A DNA stretch of 64,000 nucleotides. Origin: a virus. A program made the position numbers and the translations under genes. How positions within the stretch are numbered: position 1 is the first letter of the stretch; each line of letters opens with the position of its first letter. The stretch spans positions 67,496-131,495 of IMG/VR virus record IMGVR_UViG_3300025536_000012; one strand, 5' to 3'. Below the pieces are notes generated by a model, which saw only the letters and a program-made list of their open reading frames with translations, was not told the DNA's origin and ran no database searches. Below, in pieces: positions 42,956 through 53,900 of the stretch.

Positions 42956-44411
42956 TCACGCACTCCTCTGGTGATTTGTCGGTTCGAACGCGAACGAATC
43001 CGGGGAAGGTGAGGGCGTTTGTATCGTCTCCATCAGAGATGTACGAACGATCTACGAACTTCACCTCAGCCACGAAGGGGAAGCTTCCTGCGTTGAGCTT
43101 GGCTTGGAACTCGAAGTCCATCCCACTCGAACAATCGCAGATATAGACGAGCTTTCCCATGGAGTCTTTCTGGAAGAGACCGACGCTTCCAACTCCTCCG
43201 TGCTTGACCTTCTCTCCACTTGGGAGCTCGACAATCTTTCCGGACTCATGTTTTCCCTTTCCTAGGGTCCCGTATTTCTTTGAGGGATCCCACTTAACGA
43301 TGAAGTCATCCTCGAACCATGGTTTGAGTTTGGCGCAAGAGGCCCCAGGACGGTCTGGTTTGCCCTTCATATTCCAGCCCTTGTCCCCGTAGATCCCGTC
43401 TGGATCCACCACGACCCATCCTTCGAGGTCGTGTTGTTTGGCCCAAGAAGTCGCATCGTCAGGCTTCGGGAAACGCGTCCATTGAACTGGCTGGATCCAG
43501 GACGGAGCTTGGTGACAGACCATGTGTACGTACTGATACCGGTCCATCACCTTCATCTCAGTAACTAGGTCTTTACCGTCGAGGAACGGTACGTCCCAGC
43601 AGTAGAGCCCAAGCCACCCGCTCTGATGCTGTTTCTCTAAGGCGACAGGAGTCAGTGACTTCTCCACGCTCTGCACATGAGCGAAGTGTGCCTTGGTGTC
43701 GCCTCCCGGATGCACGAGCTCGCAAGCCAGCATCGTATTGGGAGGAAGACCCATCGATTTGATGGTTTCCACCAGATGTGGATAGCGGGCTGATAGTGGG
43801 ATGACGTTGGCGTAGTTCAGGGTTCCATCATCTTGCTCTATCGGGCCTTCGTCTTTGTGCCAGGGTCTATTACGTCGACTGTAAAACGATATTCCCCGAT
43901 TCCCATCAACCACGACCCATGTCGCCATCCCGTTCCGTTTGAGCGCGTAGATTGCAGTTCCCCCCTCCGCTTTCTTCAACAACTTTGTCGCCTCGAGCAA
44001 ATTGTTGTCGGGCTTGTACAAAGAGAAGTTGCCGGGAAGCATCTTTAGGAGGGTAGAAATTGAAGGTTTTCCGGATCTCCCGTCCACGTTTACTTCTCCC
44101 ACAAACTCGTCGTACCCCTCAAAATCCCACTTCTTTCGACATAGCCTTCTCGCCTCAGCGAGCGCATCCACACGTGGTGAAATCTCGTTCGCTTTCCCCG
44201 CGTTTTTCACCTTCCCTGCCTTATTCGTATCCTGCATTGCCCCCCCTAAAAGGCCGTGGCAGGTGAAATAGCGATCCCCTTCAACCCAGATCTCCCAGAC
44301 GTTGGGACGGTCATTCCTTCCATGAAGCTGACGAAACGATCTCTTACTTCCATCCCAAATTACCTGCCTCTGCTCGAAATGTAGGGTTGACCAATCATGC
44401 TGATTTGACAC
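42936..44411 (-). CDS. ATP-dependent ligase-like nucleotidyltransferase (DNA or RNA ligase family), possible WGR-like N-terminus
   Basis: motif I candidate 'ALKRNGM' (KxNG), motif IV-like 'EGWVVVDPDG', motif V-like 'ASCAKLKP'; N-terminal 'WEIWVEGDRYFTCHGLLGG' is WGR-like. Confidence 0.55.
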   Translation of the reverse strand: MSNQHDWSTLHFEQRQVIWDGSKRSFRQLHGRNDRPNVWEIWVEGDRYFTCHGLLGGAMQDTNKAGKVKNAGKANEISPRVDALAEARRLCRKKWDFEGYDEFVGEVNVDGRSGKPSISTLLKMLPGNFSLYKPDNNLLEATKLLKKAEGGTAIYALKRNGMATWVVVDGNRGISFYSRRNRPWHKDEGPIEQDDGTLNYANVIPLSARYPHLVETIKSMGLPPNTMLACELVHPGGDTKAHFAHVQSVEKSLTPVALEKQHQSGWLGLYCWDVPFLDGKDLVTEMKVMDRYQYVHMVCHQAPSWIQPVQWTRFPKPDDATSWAKQHDLEGWVVVDPDGIYGDKGWNMKGKPDRPGASCAKLKPWFEDDFIVKWDPSKKYGTLGKGKHESGKIVELPSGEKVKHGGVGSVGLFQKDSMGKLVYICDCSSGMDFEFQAKLNAGSFPFVAEVKFVDRSYISDGDDTNALTFPGFVRVRTDKSPEECVNEKLDV

Positions 44412-44815
44412 GTTTTCTCCTTGAACACGTCACAAAAGGGATGTATTTTCCTCTACAGGCTTATCTCTATGAGCAATCTCTCTTGGATTCCATCGAATTC
44501 GCCCGTAGAATCATCGTAAGAAAGGAGGACGCCCAAATGATTATTTTCAAGCTTTCGGAAGCCGCTCTGGATCAAATCCAGAATTGCACGACGCGTGAAG
44601 CTCGTGGACGTCTTCTTCTTGGGTTCATCGATGAGCGGATCACCGATCTCCAGTCCTGGTCGCGTAAGCACCTGGGCGAAGAGATGACGAAGTTCGAGAT
44701 CGCTGCGGTCAAGACCTTCCTGTATAGGGAGCTGACGGGCGAACTCAACGGCGAATCGGATATCATGTCTCTACCTCGAGTTCCCCTCGAAGAGCATCCG
44801 GCCGCAGCTCTCTGA
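44387..44815 (+). CDS. hypothetical protein
   Basis: 142-aa ORF; may instead start at the internal 'MYFPLQ' to avoid overlapping the ligase start. Confidence 0.4.
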   Translation: MTNHADLTRFLLEHVTKGMYFPLQAYLYEQSLLDSIEFARRIIVRKEDAQMIIFKLSEAALDQIQNCTTREARGRLLLGFIDERITDLQSWSRKHLGEEMTKFEIAAVKTFLYRELTGELNGESDIMSLPRVPLEEHPAAAL

Positions 44816-44921
44816 ACATTTTTAAACCAGGAACGCGACCTCCTGGCTCCTAGCCGCTCCGGACTGGAACCCGGGGCGGCTTTCTTTTGGGCAAAACGAG
44901 GGTTGTCCCTCTCTATCGTTT

Positions 44922-45281
44922 CTACGATCGGGGAAAGTGTTCGAGGAAGTCCTCGACTGCCGGAACAGCCTTCGGAGTGTCTTCCGCGGCCTCGAGTAGA
45001 TGACTCAACGTAAGAGCCTCCGATTTGGTCAGCATGAATGTCCTGCCTCGGAACTTCGTGCTGAGCTCGTAGAGGATCCCTCCGATGCCCTTCCCAGGGG
45101 CTATCGTGACCTGCATCTTTGGGGACAAAGGCCCCTCTCCTAATCTATATCCTCGGGTAGCGAAGTGAGCTCCGAGAAGTAGAAGAGCTCCCAACCTGAC
45201 CAATTTGCTTGCCGTGATGAGCCTGATTGCCGTAAGGGGCACAGCAATAAAGGCCACCGGAACCACGTGAAGTGCTGACAT
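44922..45281 (-). CDS. membrane protein
   Basis: N-terminal hydrophobic helices 'VVPVAFIAVPLTAIRLI' and 'LGALLLLGAHF'. Confidence 0.4.
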   Translation of the reverse strand: MSALHVVPVAFIAVPLTAIRLITASKLVRLGALLLLGAHFATRGYRLGEGPLSPKMQVTIAPGKGIGGILYELSTKFRGRTFMLTKSEALTLSHLLEAAEDTPKAVPAVEDFLEHFPRS

Positions 45282-45376
45282 AAAACGAAAACCTCCTTTC
45301 GCCTCACTCCCTTATGCCCGAGGATTCGTTGTAGCTTTCAGCCTGGTTCCCCTACAATCGACGCGAGGTACACCGG

Positions 45377-48300
45377 ATGCTTTCGTCTGGACAAGTTTCG
45401 CAGATGTTCGCCCAGCAGAACCAACAGTTCGCTGGAAATGCGATGTACTCGCAACAGATCTCGCAGCAGATGCCTGGGATGTATCAGGGCGGGTACGGAA
45501 TGCCGATCGCTGGAGGGCAAGGCTTCTCCTATGGCAGCGGAGGCGACTTCTCCGGTCGAGTGAGTGGTGGAGCTGTTTCGGCAATGGGTGGCGCAGCTCA
45601 GTTCGGTCTTGGTGCTGGCGCTGTCATGGGTGGATTGGGGATCGGAGGACCTGCTCTACGAATGCTCGATCCCTTCTCCGGTGCCGGTGCGATGTACCGA
45701 GCTGGTGGTGCGATGGGCATGGGGATGGGTGGGCGTCTTGCGATGGGTGCCGCAGGAATGCTACCGGCGACGGCAATCATGGCGGGAGCAAGCCACGTTA
45801 TCGGTTCCGTAGTCTCCGGAGCTCAACAGCAGGCAGGTATTGAAAACGTTCTAGGACGTAACTTCAACTTCAACAACCCCTCGAGCGGTGGTCGAGGATT
45901 CAGTCGTCAACAGAGCATGGTCATCGGCGACATGGTTCGTCAGATGGAAAGCATGCCCGAGATGATGACCTCGATGGGTGAACTCACCCGCATCATGGAC
46001 AAGCTTGGCCAGATGGGGGCCATGAGCGGAGTTACCAACGTTCGAGACTTCGGCACAAAGTTCAAAAGCACTCTGGGTGTTTTGAAGGAGATGTCCAAGG
46101 TGATCGGATCTACGATGGAGGAAGCTCTTCCTCTATTCGGAGAGATTCGTCGTTCTGGCATGTATTCGAACTCCGACATCCTGAAGAACGCCATGCAGCG
46201 TCAAGTTGTCGGCGGTATGACGGGCATGAATCAGGGACAGGTAGGGCAGGTCGCTGCGTATGGAGCCCAGCTTGGTTTCGCTACGGGAGGTAGTCGAGCC
46301 ACGGGGGCACAACACGCTCTTCGAATGGCAGGTCAATTAGGCATGGCCAATCAGATGGGGGCTTTGTCCAACGACAAGATCATGGAGCTCACAGGCCTCG
46401 AAGGTGCCGAGGGCATTCAGGCGCTATCGGGTCAGTTGACGCAGGCTGGTTATCGTATGTCCGGCGGCGCCCTTGGAACCGCGATGTCGATTGCAATGGC
46501 CGAGCAGGACGGCGGTCGGTTCACGGGAAAGATGGACGCCACCCTCATGGACCGCTTCCGTAGAGGAGACATCTCTAAGGGAGAGATGCTTTCTATGGTT
46601 CGTCAGAAGACGTCGAGCCGTGGATCGAAGATGTCCTACGTCGCCAACAAAGGACGTCTCCGTTCTGAGATGGCTGGACAGATGGGCGTCGAGGGTCAGA
46701 TGAACATGCTCGGCATGGTTCTCGGAGAGCGCGGCTACGACAACCCAGACGCTTTGAACATCGTCAGCCAGGGCTTCGGTCTTGATGAACGAGAGGCTGG
46801 ACTCCTCGTAGAGCTCGGCAAGAAGATGCCAGATATCGGCCTCGAGATGAAGTCTCGCGGTCGGGCCGAATCGAAGCGAATCGCTCAACAGGCATTCATG
46901 AAGGAGAACTACTCCTGGGATGCCTTGAAGACGAAGGTTGGTAAGAAGATCGAAGGTGTCATCACCGAGCCCTTCAAGCAATTCGGTGCCGATCTTCGCA
47001 ATACCATCAACAACGTCGTCGACGGGTTCGTTGATGAGATCACCGGTCGCTACAAGGTAGAAGTTACCAGCGGTATGTCCAAGCTCATGCAGGGAGCCGG
47101 ATCAAACCTCGGAGATGCGAGAAGTCGTCTTGCTACCATGCTTAGTGGATCGGTGGGCAAATCCGTTAGCGGAACCTTGGGCGGCGGCGTGGATATGTCT
47201 CCAGGGGCTATGGGAGCCGCAATGAACTGGATGACCGGTACGAAGTCTGCCGGTGAGCGTTCTGTCGACGCTATGGAACTGACCACCGTCGGAAGAAACG
47301 CCCTCATGAGAGTCGATCTTCAGAAGGATGTTAATCTGGCTCAGCGTCACGGCTACAACGTTCTCGATACTGATCGTCGAGCGTTCAACACGTCCATTCG
47401 CACCATGGCGACAGACGAAGGAATGCAGGCCGCCGGAGCTCGTCTGTCTGGTCTTGTTTCTGGAAAGATCGGAAGAGGCGATGCTGAACTTGCAGCTATC
47501 GCCAAATCAGCAGACTTTGGGTCTGCACGTGGAGATATAGTTTCTCAAGAGATCTGGGGACGTCGGTTGGGGGGCGGCGGATTAGGGCGTCTCGAGGAAC
47601 GCCACGGCATTGCCGATATCACTGCCGCAGCCGCAGGAGAAGATTCCGCCCTGGCTGGCAGGGCATTATCCAGAATGGGAGGAGACGCCGATATATTGAA
47701 CATGTCTCCGGATCGTCAGAAAGCGATTAGTGATTCCATTAGAAACTTCGAGAGAGGTACGGCTCAGAAGATCTTCGGAGCGGAAGGTGCAGACGAATTC
47801 ATGTCATCTATGAAGGGTCTGCAAGGAACTAAGGCGGGTGATTTCTTGAAGAATACCTATCTGAGAAGTTTCGGAGCATCGGAAAAGAGCGCGACTCAGC
47901 ACGCAATTGGGAGCGTAGCTGAAGTCCTTGGGCAGGGTTTTGGTGAAGGTATGGGGCGTGAGATGATGGCGAAAGGCATCGGCCTGGCTGGAAGCTTTAT
48001 GGGGTTCGGAGGTGATCAAATGGATGACGCCAAGGCCCTTGTTAGAGGTCGAGGTGACGATTCTCGCGACGACTATTTCAAGGGCTTAGCGATGAAGGAG
48101 ATGTATGGAGGCGGTCTCACTGCGGGAGAGAGGGTAGAAGTTGATAAATTCGGAACCGCCTACGAGTCAGTCAAGGATGAGGTCAGATTGCGTGAAATAT
48201 CCCAAAAAGGATCTGATCCAAAACACAAGGCTTGGACGAAGGACGAAGAAGCCTTCCTCACCAAGATGGGCTACGACAAAGACAGCTTCACTCCAGACGT

Positions 48301-49102
48301 AGCTAAGAAGCTCGGCAAGATCGGCGAGCTGATGGGCAGGGCCAAGCTCGATGAGGGCGCTCGAAAAGAGTTGGGCCAGTATATGAAAGACTTGGAAGTA
48401 CAGGGTGTCACCGAGATCGCCCAGCGTTATCAAGAGAAGGGTAAGTCTGTTACTGCCGGTGTTGCTGCTCTTCGTGCATCTGGATTCAAAATCGGAAAAG
48501 AAGAAGAAGCGGCCCTCAAGAAGATTGAGGCATACGCTGGACGTATGTCTGGGATGAAGAACCTGGGCGGTATCCAGGAGGCATACGGAATCGATCCGAC
48601 AACGGGCAAACCAAAGGAAGGAGCGACCAGCATCACCGAGGATGTTGGAGAGCTGGCCTATGACCTTGCCGGTATGAAAGATCAGAAAGCAGTCAGTGCC
48701 TTGGTCAGCACCGATGCAGATCTATCCGCAGCAGTGGGTAGAGCCGGTCACGTCAAGAGAAGGTTGGCACGGCGAGGGGGCGGGAGTTTCGATTCGTTCT
48801 TCGACAAAGAGCAGGCTTCGAAACTGGATGCCGCAGGGCAGGCTCAATTGGGAGATGTGCGTAAACAGTTCTTCGACGAGAAGGGCAACGTCAAGGACAA
48901 GGTGGCCTTCACCAAGTACATGGCTGGTGGAGAAGGTCAGAAGCTCATAACGGCTGCCGGTGCTGAGCAACGAAGCCAGTACGCTAGCCAGGCCGACATC
49001 GCCAAGAACATGGCGTCCTTTGGTGAGAGCGTCGCCTCGCTGGCACAAATTGTCCAGTCCATGAAGGATGGCAAAACAGGGGAAGGTAAGAAACCGTCAT
49101 GA
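45377..49102 (+). CDS. tape-measure-like virion protein (1241 aa, Gly/Met/Ala-rich)
   Basis: Q/M/G-rich N-terminus, long GxxG/AMG-repeat regions and a coiled-coil-prone central part; it is the first gene of the plus-strand structural operon. Confidence 0.55.
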   Translation: MLSSGQVSQMFAQQNQQFAGNAMYSQQISQQMPGMYQGGYGMPIAGGQGFSYGSGGDFSGRVSGGAVSAMGGAAQFGLGAGAVMGGLGIGGPALRMLDPFSGAGAMYRAGGAMGMGMGGRLAMGAAGMLPATAIMAGASHVIGSVVSGAQQQAGIENVLGRNFNFNNPSSGGRGFSRQQSMVIGDMVRQMESMPEMMTSMGELTRIMDKLGQMGAMSGVTNVRDFGTKFKSTLGVLKEMSKVIGSTMEEALPLFGEIRRSGMYSNSDILKNAMQRQVVGGMTGMNQGQVGQVAAYGAQLGFATGGSRATGAQHALRMAGQLGMANQMGALSNDKIMELTGLEGAEGIQALSGQLTQAGYRMSGGALGTAMSIAMAEQDGGRFTGKMDATLMDRFRRGDISKGEMLSMVRQKTSSRGSKMSYVANKGRLRSEMAGQMGVEGQMNMLGMVLGERGYDNPDALNIVSQGFGLDEREAGLLVELGKKMPDIGLEMKSRGRAESKRIAQQAFMKENYSWDALKTKVGKKIEGVITEPFKQFGADLRNTINNVVDGFVDEITGRYKVEVTSGMSKLMQGAGSNLGDARSRLATMLSGSVGKSVSGTLGGGVDMSPGAMGAAMNWMTGTKSAGERSVDAMELTTVGRNALMRVDLQKDVNLAQRHGYNVLDTDRRAFNTSIRTMATDEGMQAAGARLSGLVSGKIGRGDAELAAIAKSADFGSARGDIVSQEIWGRRLGGGGLGRLEERHGIADITAAAAGEDSALAGRALSRMGGDADILNMSPDRQKAISDSIRNFERGTAQKIFGAEGADEFMSSMKGLQGTKAGDFLKNTYLRSFGASEKSATQHAIGSVAEVLGQGFGEGMGREMMAKGIGLAGSFMGFGGDQMDDAKALVRGRGDDSRDDYFKGLAMKEMYGGGLTAGERVEVDKFGTAYESVKDEVRLREISQKGSDPKHKAWTKDEEAFLTKMGYDKDSFTPDVAKKLGKIGELMGRAKLDEGARKELGQYMKDLEVQGVTEIAQRYQEKGKSVTAGVAALRASGFKIGKEEEAALKKIEAYAGRMSGMKNLGGIQEAYGIDPTTGKPKEGATSITEDVGELAYDLAGMKDQKAVSALVSTDADLSAAVGRAGHVKRRLARRGGGSFDSFFDKEQASKLDAAGQAQLGDVRKQFFDEKGNVKDKVAFTKYMAGGEGQKLITAAGAEQRSQYASQADIAKNMASFGESVASLAQIVQSMKDGKTGEGKKPS

Positions 49103-49344
49103 TCGGCAGCTGGAGAAATTCACCTCCATCTAGGGATCGACAGCCAGAACCTCCAAAGCCAGATCCTCATATCTGGGATCAGGTCACTGTCGAACAGAAT
49201 GAACAATTAGCGAAGTCTGCGGAGTCCACCAAGACTCTGCTTGGTTCGATGATCGATAACATGCCTCCTGACCAACAGAGCACGTTCAAGAACTACCAGA
49301 AGACCAGAGAAGCTTCTGGGAACCAAGATAGGAAACCGAAGTAA
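49099..49344 (+). CDS. hypothetical protein
   Basis: 81-aa ORF with ATGA overlap to the preceding gene. Confidence 0.45.
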   Translation: MIGSWRNSPPSRDRQPEPPKPDPHIWDQVTVEQNEQLAKSAESTKTLLGSMIDNMPPDQQSTFKNYQKTREASGNQDRKPK

Positions 49345-49556
49345 TGGCGGAGCGTAAGGAAGAAACGACCCGCATCGTCCTCACCAATGGCGATGCCGTA
49401 ACTGTCACCGTTCGTGATGGGTTGATCATCGACGACCTGATTATTCAGGGAGTGAAGGCGGAAGCCTATCGCATCATGACGGGGCGGGACGTGTATCCGG
49501 AGGTTGGTAGAGACCTCAAGGACTACCTCATCAAGACGGGAGTGATCCTCGACTAA
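49344..49556 (+). CDS. hypothetical protein
   Basis: 70-aa ORF, tightly packed. Confidence 0.45.
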   Translation: MAERKEETTRIVLTNGDAVTVTVRDGLIIDDLIIQGVKAEAYRIMTGRDVYPEVGRDLKDYLIKTGVILD

Positions 49557-50905
49557 TGCCGGCCTTCATCGAAGTAACCCCCGACCCATTCGCAACCTCC
49601 TTTCGGAATTCCGCTGTCGGAGACAGGACAGAGAGCGGCTCCCTCGCCGGCTCTGGACGAGCTCAGGCGTTCGGAACGTTTGACCATGTACGTCGTCCAG
49701 TGCGAGGTATCCAGGTCAGAGAAGATACATACGCAACCATCCAGGTCCGTACCGCAGATGGCCGTAACATTCCTCTCATCGATGCTGGTGGAGCTAGCGT
49801 CGATAAGAACAACCCAGACTTTTCCTATACGGACAAGTTCTCCAACTTCCTCATCCAGTCGATTCAAGAGAGTCGAATGGAGAAGATGCAAGTAGTCCAA
49901 ACCTTCGGAGCTCCTTTCGTCTTCTTCTTCGGGGAACACCCGCGGATGATTGCCGGTAGTGGTGTCCTTCTATGCACCGACGATTTCAACTGGAGAGCAG
50001 AGTTCCTCGAGAACTACGACAACTATCTCCGAGGAACCAAGTGTGTAGAGAACAGGGCTCGAGTCACCATGTCCTGGCAAGAGATTGTCGTCGAGGGTTA
50101 CTTCGTCAAATGTGACATCGTAGAGACAGCAGAGAACAACAACTTCGTCAGGATGGAATTTCAGATGTTCCTGACGAACTACCAGAACGTTTCTAGGATC
50201 GGATACTCCCAGTTCCCTACGTCCTCCGCCGAGATCGACCTCAATCCAAACGATCTCGATACGACTGGAGAAGGTATCGGTAACCTCAGGAGCTCGACGC
50301 AGACGGTTCGAAATCTCAACGCAGAAAGTATGGGGATCAAGAACTCCATGCTTCAGACGATTCGAAACGGTATTCAGAAGGTCCTCACCCTGGACGGTAA
50401 ATTGACCAGCGTTCTTCAGTTGGCCAACCGCTTTGTTTCTGGAAGAAACATCCGTGTACCGTTTGGGTTTGCTGGTGGCTCTGTATTCGATCAAGAGACG
50501 CAGATAGCTCTTGCTTCCGTAGATACATCCAGTCGTCGCATCCTGTTGCACAACAAACTGGGTGACTTCTCGTTCAACATCTCTCAGTTTCTAGGCGTCA
50601 AGACATTGCCGGTCCACTACGGACGCATCCAAGACAACCTTGATGAGTATATCGGAAGATCTCAGGCAGGACTCGGGAACCCAATCAATCCGCCTGACTT
50701 CTTTGCAAGCCAACTTGCCAATGACCTTCGGGTTGAAGAACAGGTTCGCAGGGTCTTCGAAAAGTTCGGTGTCGATACAGCTCCACCAAACGAAACCGTA
50801 CTGCTTGCAAAGAAGATAGCTTTCGGGATTTTCTCTTTGGGAGCTGGCATCGCTCATTCAAGGCTTGAGAACCAAACGGCTCGTCAACTAATCAATCTTA
50901 TCTAA
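49556..50905 (+). CDS. virion structural protein (possible distal tail/baseplate component)
   Basis: 449 aa, positioned directly after the tape-measure-like gene. Confidence 0.45.
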   Translation: MPAFIEVTPDPFATSFRNSAVGDRTESGSLAGSGRAQAFGTFDHVRRPVRGIQVREDTYATIQVRTADGRNIPLIDAGGASVDKNNPDFSYTDKFSNFLIQSIQESRMEKMQVVQTFGAPFVFFFGEHPRMIAGSGVLLCTDDFNWRAEFLENYDNYLRGTKCVENRARVTMSWQEIVVEGYFVKCDIVETAENNNFVRMEFQMFLTNYQNVSRIGYSQFPTSSAEIDLNPNDLDTTGEGIGNLRSSTQTVRNLNAESMGIKNSMLQTIRNGIQKVLTLDGKLTSVLQLANRFVSGRNIRVPFGFAGGSVFDQETQIALASVDTSSRRILLHNKLGDFSFNISQFLGVKTLPVHYGRIQDNLDEYIGRSQAGLGNPINPPDFFASQLANDLRVEEQVRRVFEKFGVDTAPPNETVLLAKKIAFGIFSLGAGIAHSRLENQTARQLINLI

Positions 50906-53900
50906 ATGGCAATCGGACAGAAATTAAAGCTGCGTCTGTTCCTGGAAGGGATCGAGGTTCCGGTTATCGGAGCGGCGATTCAGGCCAATGTGAATTCACC
51001 GGCCACGGCCTCGATTCAGGTCATCCCGACCGATCGTGTTCTCGAGCTCAAACCGAGGACGATGGTTCACCTCTTCTACTGGAACTTCAACCAAGACCTT
51101 CCAGATGCCGCAGATCAAGCCTCCTCAGATCCGAATGCGATCCTTCGGGGTTACCGCCTTTGCTTCATGGGAGAGATGGTCGGCCAGGCGTTTCTGAAGA
51201 CCCCACTCGGCAGACAGTCAGTTCTTCAGTGTGCCGACTTCTCTACCTACTGGGATACGTCCTACCAGACTTTCATTTCGTACAGCCCCAACGGCAACTT
51301 CCTGGCGGACAACAGCTCCGTGTGGGCCGGCGGCAATTCGATGTTCGACAACATCTCCTCGTCCCACTCGGGAGTGTTGAACAGTTACCTGAATCGCCGT
51401 CCTGCAACAGAGGGACTACGAGACGTCAAGGGTTTGATGGGCGGTATCATCGCCCTGCTCGAGGCTATGGGCGGAGTCCCCAACCACACCTCCGGCGTCA
51501 ACGACTTCTTCACCATCGCCGAGCTCAAGAACCATCTCCTCCAGCAGATCACCTGCGAGCAGAATGACGATACGGCTCAACGCCTATTCGACAGCAAGGC
51601 GTTCTCGGAGTGGCTCAATCGCGGCGTCACCAGCATGGGAGAGCTCGTCAGCTTCCGAGACATGCTGAAGTTGATGTTCCACTGGATCTACTACGAAGTC
51701 ATTCCTATCACCTCACCGATGTTCATCAAGGCTGTTCCTTCGACTACGACAGAGATCATATCTACGAGGAAGGCCGTCAAATCGAGTTTGGCCCTTTCTG
51801 CTACGCAGCGCTCGGTGATTCGAGACTGGATCGCCATCACTACTAGATACGATGGATCTAAAGGTGTTGAGGCAACTCTAAGGAATCAGCTTGCCACCCA
51901 CGAACTCACAGTTGCCGTAGATCTTGGCAAGCAAATCAGAAATTTTCTTGAGTTCGGTAACCCTAAAGTCGGAACTATAATTCCGAGCGGTTTTTCAAAC
52001 TCATCTGTTCCTGAAAAGGTTCGGAAAAATCTGGAATTCATAGAGCTTCGAAATAGAAGCGTTCACCCTATTCCTCAGAATGTCTTTTCTTCGACAGCTG
52101 ATCAATTGATTGAGTTATCGAAGATTCATACCAAAAACAAGCCTTCAAAAACAAGCGGCAGTGGAGAGCAGAGAAGAATCCTAAATCTATTGTACGACAA
52201 TCAATATTCGTGGAAGGAATTCACTCGAAGGTTATTGGAGTGTTTATCGGCCACTAATTCTGGATCGGCAGGAAGTACTAATAAAAGAACAGTCAAAACG
52301 AAAGCAACCTTGGACCGTATCCAGGCTCAGATCTTCCGTCCAGACTGTTTCTTCGTTGCGCCTCCTCGTTGCAACGTACTGTTCCCAGATCAGTACACCC
52401 AGTTTCAGTACAACCGAAACTACCTTCAGGAGATCACCCGTCTTCGTCTTGCTGTGGGTATGGAGTTCATCAGCGGGCACGGGGCCGGACTCCTAACCCC
52501 CGTCTACTATTCTCCCCCACTATCTCAGATCGCAGAGCTCGCGAAGAAGCAGGGCAACGCAGGCATCCGTACACTCCTTCCCTGGGAGAAGTTTACAGGC
52601 ATCCTGCCAAAGTTCGAGAGCATCTCCGAGGTCAACTACATCGCCAATAAGCGACAGCAACAACTCCAACAGAATGTGAAGGGTCAGGGAGCCAGTTACT
52701 CTCAACGCTCGGCCACATTCAACTTCCTGAAGTATCGCTTCGCCCCAAGAACCCTGACGGTGAGTGCCAAGTTCAACCCGCAGTTCGTTCTCGGATTCCC
52801 TGGCCTCGTCATCGATCAGCCGTTCATCCTAGATCAGGACATGATCTTGAAGGCTGTTACTCAGGCCGGCATCAAAGGATTCGCCGGTTCCAATATCAAC
52901 GATATTCTGAGAAACATCACCCAACTCGCGAAGTACTTCAAAGCACCGACGCAATACCTCGGCATGCCGGCCAGTGTGATGCACAACATCGATCAGTCGG
53001 GTGGTACGACTAACATCACCTTCACACATGCCCGTTGCCATCGCTTGACCGATGATGACTTTCTACAATCTTTCACCGCCGAAATCACCAGGAAGGCTCA
53101 GACCCAGACCATCTCCACCGTTCTCGACGCTGAGGAAATCATCCGATCCGGAGACTTCAAACAGCTCCGGTTCCTCATTGACGCCACACCTCAAGATCAA
53201 ATCGAGTCGGCCACCAACGCCAACGTCATCCAAACTCTCGATACCGAGAACCCTCTCGACGTTGCCAACGAAGAACCTACCCTAGATCTGCGTCCCAACG
53301 GGGCTCCGAACCTGGTCACCATCGACCAGCTGGCTCCTGCCGTGTTCTCTACTCCAAACCCAAACTTCTCCAACGGAAGTGTTGTACGACCCAAGACAAG
53401 TTCTAGGACAATCACAACGAACGATGGAACCCAGATCGTCAGGAAGTGGGTTGGTCCGACGGCAAGAGCTCAGCTCAAAGGAACCCGTTCAACTATCCTC
53501 AGTCCGAATCCCTACGCTAAACTCAAGCCGGGGTCAGTCGGACCCAGGGGTGGACAGATCTCTCAAATTCAGCTGTTCTCGAACTCGGTAGTAGCAGTGT
53601 CTTCGGCTGATGTTGATCAGCTCGTTAGGACTGCCAAGGACAGACAAGATCTAGCTACTCGTCGAAAGAATGCTGGAAAGGCAGATCGTATCTTCCTCTG
53701 GCGTAAGGCCGTTATCTGGGAAACGATTGTGTCGAAGACGATAGACAAGCCTATCCCAGTCGAGGAAACAATTCGCCCTCCCTGGTTCAGTCCCCTCTAC
53801 TCGAATCTCTTCATCGGGGACAACATCTACCAACCGTTCTTCGGAACAGGTTCAATTGTTGACGAGGGTCTCTTCCTCACACCAGAAGGTGGGGCACTGT

